Origin: Myxococcota bacterium
GTDB taxonomy: Bacteria; Myxococcota_A; UBA796; GCA-2862545
Length of the DNA: 12,089 nucleotides
Direction: 5' to 3'
Assembly: GCA_039208735.1 (NCBI GenBank)
Contig: JBCCQY010000219.1
Span: 1 to 12,089, forward strand
The translations under genes and the position numbers were made by a program. The notes beneath the pieces are model-generated. The model was not told where the DNA came from, did no database searches, and was given only the letters and a program-made list of their open reading frames with translations. Positions 1-5,558 of this stretch are shown here, piece by piece. The first letter of the stretch is position 1; each line of letters begins with the position of its first letter.

Positions 1-2
1 AC

Positions 3-1772
3 CGGGAAGAATTGTATGGGTTTCTCCATGACGATGGTTGGACCATCACCGTGCCTGGGCTCGCGTTGGATCTGTTTCTCGACGGGGCGGCGATTGCGGC
101 GGCATCGGGAGATGTAGACGGAGACGGGATTGACGAGGTCGTTGCCTTAGATGACGCCGATCGAGTCTGGATTTGCGAGCTGGAGCCCGATGGGTGCGAT
201 GCGTTCGACATTAATGATGCATTGGACCAGCTCGACGTCACCGTGGCGGACGTTGATGGGGACTCTATTGAGGAGCCGATTCTGCTGCTTGTCGATGCAA
301 CGAGCAGCTACGCGTTCGCGTTTGATGCGCACAATGATGAGATTGGCGTCGTAGGAAGCTACTTTGGTCGGGTCGATGACGAGCAGGTGACCCGCATCGC
401 CGCAGGAGATGCAGACGGCGACTTGGTGGCCGAGCTGGTCGCGCTCCGCGACCCTTGCGTGTTCGATGTCTGCAATGACCAGTTGTTGCTTATCGAATCC
501 ACGATTCTTGATGGGAAAGGCGAGTTTCAGTTCGCCAGCCGCCTAACGATGGGCAACGCGACGGTCATTGACGTGGCGGCCGCCGACACCGACGCTGACG
601 ATGACGTTGAAGTTTTGGCCTTGTCCAGCAACGACAACACAGTGCTGGTGCATGAGGTCGGGCCGGCGGCGTTCATTGAGGTCGACGCGTGGGCGAACCT
701 ACCCGGAACGGGCGCGGCGACTCGAATCGCGATGGCCGATCACGACGGAGACGCTCCTCGTGCCACTCTGCTCGATGGACCACAGGCCGTTGAGGGAGAC
801 CTGGTTCCGCTCGCGATGATCCTCGTGCCGCCCTACGACCGGCAGTACAGCGCGGGCGACGCCGGCGTGTCGTTTGGTACGAGCGAGGGCACCTCGAAGA
901 GCCAAAGCGAGGGCACGAGCTTCGGTGTCAACTTCAGCATCGGGGCTCGGGGGGCCCTCGTGCCGGGGCTTGTGACGATCAAGGCGGGAGCGAAGTTCAG
1001 CCAGAAAGTAAGTTCAACCAAGAGCTTTCGTGAACGTTACAACGTGGGGTCTCGCCATTCGGTGAAGGGCAACCCGACGCAGCTGGGTCCGTTTCATGCC
1101 GGCGTCATCCTGGGGTGGGGGTGCTACGACAGCTACCTTTACGAGCTCGATGATCCGGAGGGCAAGCTTAGCGACGGCAAGCAGCGCATCGATCGAAACC
1201 AGATGCTGCTGAATGTGCCGACGGGTGGCGGAGAGGCTTTGTACAGTTCTGCCCGTTACAACGCGATGGTCGATCGGCTAGGGAGCCTGCCCCGTTTCGA
1301 GATTCCCTACGAAGTGGGAAATCCCGACACCTACCCACAGGCTCCCGAGAAGCTCGATGGGTACCCGTTGGGGCCTGACGATGTCGTCTTCCCTGAACCG
1401 GGCACCTACGAGGTTTCCGACATCGGGGACTCCAGCTTCTCGCTTTCCTACACCAAAACCGAGACCACGAGTACGTCCACCTCTCGCAGCGTGGGCATCA
1501 ACGGTGGCGTCTCTGTGGGCAACAAGATTCTCGGTGTTGATGTGGGGGCCGGGGCCGACTGGGGCTGGACCGATGGCTATTCGGTGGGAGTGAGCGAGGG
1601 AGCGTTCTTCCGCGGTGGAACCCCACCGATTCCCGACGACCCCTCGACTCCAGAAGATGAGTTCGCAGTAAACAAATTCCGGTACCAGCCCTGGGTATAT
1701 CTCCAGGCGTGGACGAACCCATTCGACGAGCCTGCGTCTATCGTCGTCCTGACCTACAGTGTCCAACGATGA
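3..1772 (+). CDS. FG-GAP/VCBS-like Ca-binding repeat protein with a C-terminal beta-rich domain carrying two amphipathic hairpins (5' partial)
   Basis: The frame is open from base 3 (CGG GAA GAA TTG), so the real start is probably upstream of the window. Five DxDxD repeats: GDVDGDGIDE, ADVDGDSIEE, GDADGDLVAE, ADTDADDDVE, ADHDGD. Short Cys pairs (CELEPDGC, CVFDVC) suggest an extracytoplasmic location. The stop TGA overlaps the next ATG. Confidence 0.8.
   Translation, partial: REELYGFLHDDGWTITVPGLALDLFLDGAAIAAASGDVDGDGIDEVVALDDADRVWICELEPDGCDAFDINDALDQLDVTVADVDGDSIEEPILLLVDATSSYAFAFDAHNDEIGVVGSYFGRVDDEQVTRIAAGDADGDLVAELVALRDPCVFDVCNDQLLLIESTILDGKGEFQFASRLTMGNATVIDVAAADTDADDDVEVLALSSNDNTVLVHEVGPAAFIEVDAWANLPGTGAATRIAMADHDGDAPRATLLDGPQAVEGDLVPLAMILVPPYDRQYSAGDAGVSFGTSEGTSKSQSEGTSFGVNFSIGARGALVPGLVTIKAGAKFSQKVSSTKSFRERYNVGSRHSVKGNPTQLGPFHAGVILGWGCYDSYLYELDDPEGKLSDGKQRIDRNQMLLNVPTGGGEALYSSARYNAMVDRLGSLPRFEIPYEVGNPDTYPQAPEKLDGYPLGPDDVVFPEPGTYEVSDIGDSSFSLSYTKTETTSTSTSRSVGINGGVSVGNKILGVDVGAGADWGWTDGYSVGVSEGAFFRGGTPPIPDDPSTPEDEFAVNKFRYQPWVYLQAWTNPFDEPASIVVLTYSVQR
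108..752 (+). repeat. Protein-level FG-GAP-like repeats (5 copies, probable beta-propeller blades)
   Basis: Recurring hydrophobic-[AG]-D-x-D-[GA]-D-xxx-E-hydrophobic pattern at roughly 45-60 aa spacing; the fifth copy lacks the E. Confidence 0.75.
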
Positions 1773-2980
1773 GGGCGGGACTCATGCCGCTCTTGGCGTT
1801 GGCGGTCGGTTGCGTCGCAAGCCCTTTGGACTCTGGAGAATGGGGCGCGATTCGGTACTTTGCGGACGTGCTCGGCGATGTGCCGTTACCGATGATTCCT
1901 CCTCTCACGGATCGACAAGGCAATACCTACGTCTTGTACGGGGCGCCGGGCCTTGACGACGTCACGGTGTCTCGGTTGTCGGTCACGGGCAATCGGCCGA
2001 CGGCGTGCGACCCGAATCCGTCCGAGACGGATCCCGGAACGTCTGGTCTTCACGGCTTTGTCGGCCGAACATTGGACCGCGTGTGGTACTGGACGGGCAC
2101 GGCGCTCGTCGAGGTGAAGGACTCGGGATCGTGTGAGTTCGTCCTTGGCAACGATCCGGTCTCGGGAACGGAAGTGCGCTTCTTGGGAGTGGCGCCGTAC
2201 GTCGATGACACACCCTCCCGTCGCTTTGCCACAGCCTTGGTTGGCTCGGGTACGGGCGAGTTCAACTTCACCCTGGTCGACCTCGACCGAGGGTTGCCGT
2301 TCAATTCCGAACCGTTTCCTTCGGACGATCCAAGAGAACTGCGAGTGGTGGGGACCGGAGTCTGGGAAGCCGAACGAACAACGGTGTTTATCGTTGCGTT
2401 CTCGAGCCAGGTACAGGCCTTCTTCCTGGATCGGCTGGGTGACGTGGTGGCACGACGCGACGTTGCGTTGCCCAAGGACATCGCAGCCTATGATGTCGAA
2501 GGCTTCCTCCAGTTCAACGACGCTGGGTATGGCGCGGGGTTGCTCTCAGATGGACGGATCCTCACGCTACGGGCCGTTGCGGAGTCCGCGGTCATCGAAC
2601 CCGACTTCACGGCCTTGGGGCTTTTGACCTGGCAGGGCGAACTCTATGTGACGGGGGAACGAGACGGCCAGGCCGTGCTCGCCCGAGTGGAATCGGATCG
2701 CGAGCTAACGGCAGCCATTCCGTTTGATGCGGCCGCACGAGCGGCCGATGGCCTACGAGAAGGCCGGTTCGCCAACGACGAACGCTCGCGTCCCCTGCGA
2801 CGTGTTCCTTGGGATACCGTGCGCACCGCGATCGGGACGCGGCCGCTGATCACGCCTTGGCCCCTCGATCCTCACACGGTGGGCAGTGTGGGATGGGTGG
2901 TTGCAGGACCCGCCTTCGCCACCGGCGTCGACCCGGTGACGGCGGTGGGGTTCAGTCCCGTCGGCTTGGAGGTCCCATGA
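1769..2980 (+). CDS. Putative lipoprotein (~403 aa), beta-rich, function unknown
   Basis: ATG 1769 overlaps the upstream TGA (ATGA). The N-terminus MRAGLMPLLALAVGC has a basic residue, a hydrophobic core and a lipobox-like Cys. An alternative start is ATG 1784. The ORF-track start at 1709 lies inside the upstream gene. Confidence 0.75.
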   Translation: MRAGLMPLLALAVGCVASPLDSGEWGAIRYFADVLGDVPLPMIPPLTDRQGNTYVLYGAPGLDDVTVSRLSVTGNRPTACDPNPSETDPGTSGLHGFVGRTLDRVWYWTGTALVEVKDSGSCEFVLGNDPVSGTEVRFLGVAPYVDDTPSRRFATALVGSGTGEFNFTLVDLDRGLPFNSEPFPSDDPRELRVVGTGVWEAERTTVFIVAFSSQVQAFFLDRLGDVVARRDVALPKDIAAYDVEGFLQFNDAGYGAGLLSDGRILTLRAVAESAVIEPDFTALGLLTWQGELYVTGERDGQAVLARVESDRELTAAIPFDAAARAADGLREGRFANDERSRPLRRVPWDTVRTAIGTRPLITPWPLDPHTVGSVGWVVAGPAFATGVDPVTAVGFSPVGLEVP

Positions 2981-4107
2981 TGCTCCTCCTCGGTGCGCTG
3001 GGGTCAGCGATGGCCGCTACACCTGCCCCGGCTCTGCAAATTAGCGGGTTCGTTCAGCCGAGCTTTCTGGTTCAGGTCGCACCATCAGCCGTCCCGCGGG
3101 ATGCCCTCACCTTTGGGCTACGCGACAGCAAAGTCGGGCTCACCTTCGCAGGCCAACCGCTTCCCCAATGGAAGTACAAGGCGTTCCTCTCGATTGGCGC
3201 ACCGACCAGTGTGGTGCGTGACGTTACCTTTGTCGACACCAATGACAACGGGTTTTTCAACAGCATTGGGATTTCGCGTACCCAGGTCGTGAGCGACATC
3301 GTGCGAGAGATCTCGGTGACGTGGGTCCCCACCTCGGGCTTTCAGATTCGAGCTGGTCAGATGCCGGTGCCGTTGACGGCGACTGCGCAGTCGGCCGATG
3401 CCCGGTTGCTCTTCCCGAACCGCGCCAACCCGAACCGGCGACTCTTGGCCGATGACGACTTGGGCATTTTGGTCGAGACAGCAACGCCACGAGGCATCGT
3501 TTCGGCCAAGGTCGGTGTCTTCAATGGCCGCAACCTACCAGGTCGGCGAGCGAGCGAGCGTGGGTTGGCCTACCTCGCTCGGGTGGAAATCGCGCCGCTC
3601 GGCGAGCTTTCCTACGATGAGGTGAATCCCCTGCGGTCCGAGGCTCGCTTCTCGTTGGGAGCGGCTCTGATCTGGAACCCTTACCGGGTATTCGATAATG
3701 TTGGGTTCTCACAATCACGTGTGAATGATGTGCGGGGTTCGGTATCGGCTCGGCTGTCGCTTGTCGGATTCACCCTCTCCGCCGAAGCACTTCATCGCTA
3801 CCAACTCGATTCCCTCTCGGAACGCCCGGTCATCGCGACCGGTGCGTACACCCAAGCATCTTGGAAGCTGCCGATTGCGCTCGAGCCGATTGGTCGTGTG
3901 GGATGGGTAGCCGAAGACCGTAGTTTTGACCCTCGAAACACCATTTGGGGGGCTGGAGGATTCAACCTTTACCCTGCGTTTGGGGCGGTCGAGGAGTCTC
4001 GTCGAGACTGGATTCGCTTCGGCCTTGTGTACGAGGTTCAACGCCGAGTCACCGAGGGCGAAACGATCCAGGGTGCACAGGCGTTTGCGGTTGTCCGGTT
4101 TGAGTGA
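2977..4107 (+). CDS. Outer-membrane beta-barrel, phosphate-selective porin O/P-like
   Basis: ATGA overlap at 2977-2980 and GGAGG at 2968-2972. Signal peptide ends in AMA|A. Family-typical segments: ISGFVQ, FQIRAGQMPVP, DDLGI, KVGVFNG, YLARVEIAPLG, GAYTQASW, LEPIGR. C-terminal amphipathic strand AQAFAVVRFE. Confidence 0.75.
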   Translation: MMLLLGALGSAMAATPAPALQISGFVQPSFLVQVAPSAVPRDALTFGLRDSKVGLTFAGQPLPQWKYKAFLSIGAPTSVVRDVTFVDTNDNGFFNSIGISRTQVVSDIVREISVTWVPTSGFQIRAGQMPVPLTATAQSADARLLFPNRANPNRRLLADDDLGILVETATPRGIVSAKVGVFNGRNLPGRRASERGLAYLARVEIAPLGELSYDEVNPLRSEARFSLGAALIWNPYRVFDNVGFSQSRVNDVRGSVSARLSLVGFTLSAEALHRYQLDSLSERPVIATGAYTQASWKLPIALEPIGRVGWVAEDRSFDPRNTIWGAGGFNLYPAFGAVEESRRDWIRFGLVYEVQRRVTEGETIQGAQAFAVVRFE

Positions 4108-4161
4108 ACACTGACCGGCGACTCTTCGACTGAATGAAACTAAATAAGAACTTGCGTTCAA

Positions 4162-4190
4162 TCGATAGATCAAGGTTGAACCAATAGAAT
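4162..4190 (+). promoter_or_regulatory. Candidate sigma70-type promoter TCGATA-N17-TAGAAT
   Basis: -35 matches 4/6 and -10 matches 5/6 of the consensus with 17-nt spacing. The -10 lies at the centre of the palindrome. Confidence 0.35.
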
Positions 4191-4199
4191 ATTGGTTCA
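4177..4199. promoter_or_regulatory. Perfect inverted repeat TGAACCAATA-gaa-TATTGGTTCA, candidate operator
   Basis: 10-bp perfect arms with a 3-nt spacer in an AT-rich intergenic region. An extra half-site TGGTTCG follows at 4201-4207. Confidence 0.6.
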
Positions 4200-4255
4200 C
4201 TGGTTCGAATCTTGTCTTTTTGGTAAGATCTTGATAGATAAGGTAGAACCTGGAC

Positions 4256-4624
4256 ATGGATAGTGAAAGTTACAAGCGGCTTGTTCGGGTTGCTCGAAAG
4301 AAAACGAGTTCAAACGCGAGTAGAATGTCAATTCGTGAAGTTGCCTTGGATGCGGTGCTTGCCCATGACCTCAAGGGTGAGCAAGCAACGTCGTTGGGGC
4401 GAGTAGGACGAAGGATTGAAGTTGCGATTCAAGAGATGCGAGCATGTGCACAAGCTTGGGCGACAAGTGCTGAGAACCGTGATCAGCACGCGCTCTCTTT
4501 TGAAGAGGCCCGTAAGACCGCCCTTCAAGCGAAATGGGAACTCAAGGTCCAGCGGGAAGCCCTGGGGATCGCCGATCATTCGATCCTCGATCAAATCTAC
4601 CCAATTCCGCAAAAACTCCGGTGA
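4256..4624 (+). CDS. Small helical hypothetical protein, DUF6665-like
   Basis: Motifs E-Q-A-T-S-L-G-R-V-G-R-R-I-E-x-A and W-x-L-x-V-Q-R-E-A-L-G-I-x-D-H...Y-x-I-P match my recollection of DUF6665 (not searched). AAGG at 4240-4243 precedes the ATG. GC is about 52% by hand count (4261-4620). Confidence 0.65.
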   Translation: MDSESYKRLVRVARKKTSSNASRMSIREVALDAVLAHDLKGEQATSLGRVGRRIEVAIQEMRACAQAWATSAENRDQHALSFEEARKTALQAKWELKVQREALGIADHSILDQIYPIPQKLR

Positions 4625-4796
4625 GCGTCCCATTTCGTGCACATCCGACCCGAATATGGTAGCCTGTTCGCATTGCTCGTTCCGAGCCTAGAACCTAGAG
4701 GACGCAGCGAACGTGGAACATCCCGTCCAACGCATCCTGGTATGGGTTCGTTTGCTTGGGTAATTGATGAGCAACCTCCCCCCCTGGAGCGCGTAC

Positions 4797-5036
4797 ATGT
4801 CACGAAACAAGGCGAAAGCGCTGCCGCTCGATGAACGAATTGCACAGTTGGTCGACGAGGTAGCGACGCGAGAACCCATCACGGTCAAGCAACTCCAAGA
4901 GTCGCTCCCGTGGTCCCGTCCCACCCTACGGCGCGTCTTGCGCGAAGCCGAACGGTTGGGTGTGATCGCCCGGGTCAAGGGTGCACATTCGACCCAAAAC
5001 CCGGGACGGCCCTCCGACGTATGGGCGCTCGCCTAG
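4797..5036 (+). CDS. Stand-alone winged helix-turn-helix DNA-binding protein (79 aa)
   Basis: GGAG at 4786-4789 lies 7 nt before ATG 4797. PITVKQLQESLPWSRPTLRRVLREAERLGVI is an HTH core, followed by the wing motif GRP..W seen in ArsR/DeoR/ROK-type wHTH domains. Confidence 0.75.
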   Translation: MSRNKAKALPLDERIAQLVDEVATREPITVKQLQESLPWSRPTLRRVLREAERLGVIARVKGAHSTQNPGRPSDVWALA

Positions 5037-5071
5037 TTCTCTCCATGACGGTAGTCTCGTCGTGGAGGAAC
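5036..5071 (+). promoter_or_regulatory. Hairpin sequestering the Shine-Dalgarno of the downstream gene
   Basis: GTTC-T-CTCCATGACG (5036-5050) pairs with CGTCGTGGAG-GAAC (5058-5071): 14 bp with one G-U pair and one bulge. It contains GGAGG at 5064-5068. Confidence 0.5.
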
Positions 5072-5076
5072 GTCCG

Positions 5077-5460
5077 ATGCACCAATCCGCTGGTTTTATC
5101 TGGCTCACCTGGGTTCTTCCGTTGGTCGCCTGTACCGGGGAAGTGCCCGCAGGGGTAGCGGTCGGATCAGTGGGTTCAGTGACCCATTCGGCTCGCGCAA
5201 GTTGTGTCGTCGATGGTGCGCCGTGCGAGGTGCGTCACGCGTGCCGTGACGTGTACGGGGACGCGTGCGATCCACTTCGTGGTGACGAAGGATGCAAGGG
5301 AACGTGCTGGTCGTGTGATGACCCGGCGTTGGCCCGCACCTACGCGGAAACCAACCACCGTTCATGCAGCCGCATTCGCCTGTACTGTGAAGAGACCCAG
5401 CGTCCGTTCAACGACGCCTGCGGCTGCGGGTGTGAGAGAATCGTCCCTGGGGCCCGTTGA
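5077..5460 (+). CDS. Cysteine-rich lipoprotein (127 aa)
   Basis: GGAGG lies 8 nt upstream of ATG 5077. Signal peptide with lipobox LVAC. 12 further Cys, including CDP..G...C.G.C and Y.....C..I...C......F.D.CGCGC. Confidence 0.75.
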   Translation: MHQSAGFIWLTWVLPLVACTGEVPAGVAVGSVGSVTHSARASCVVDGAPCEVRHACRDVYGDACDPLRGDEGCKGTCWSCDDPALARTYAETNHRSCSRIRLYCEETQRPFNDACGCGCERIVPGAR

Positions 5461-5558
5461 TTCAGAGCCTTTTATGCGGATCATGGGTCCGTGACGGAAC
5501 CGGATCGACCCGTTAAAGAGGTGGGACGTATCAAGTCCCAAGAACCTCGCGGGGGCCT

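Noticed and set aside
1709..2976. ORF-track starts at 1709 and 2809 (also 4981, 10310, 10612)
   Set aside because: Downstream starts give better RBS, signal peptides, ATGA coupling or family-typical lengths; most of the longer versions overlap neighbouring genes.
4108..4140. Intrinsic terminator after the porin gene
   Set aside because: No convincing GC stem followed by a U-tract.
4164..4250. Direct repeats as a mini-CRISPR
   Set aside because: Only two short imperfect copies and no cas genes.
4130..4255. AT-rich region near gyrA as a possible oriC or dif site
   Set aside because: I found no DnaA boxes (TTATCCACA-like) and no XerC/D dif consensus, and no dnaA/dnaN lies in the window.
3715..4257. 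180-aa minus-strand ORF
   Set aside because: Mostly antisense to the porin gene and crosses the promoter region, with no recognisable protein features.
4666..4712. Possible structured ncRNA (GTTCGC/GCGAAC enclosing GCTCG-TTC-CGAGC; CCTAGA tandem)
   Set aside because: Stems are only 5-6 bp, there is no terminator, and it resembles no RNA family I know; compatible with chance.
4256..5036. DUF6665-like + wHTH as a toxin-antitoxin pair
   Set aside because: The genes are about 170 nt apart and there is no recognisable toxin motif.
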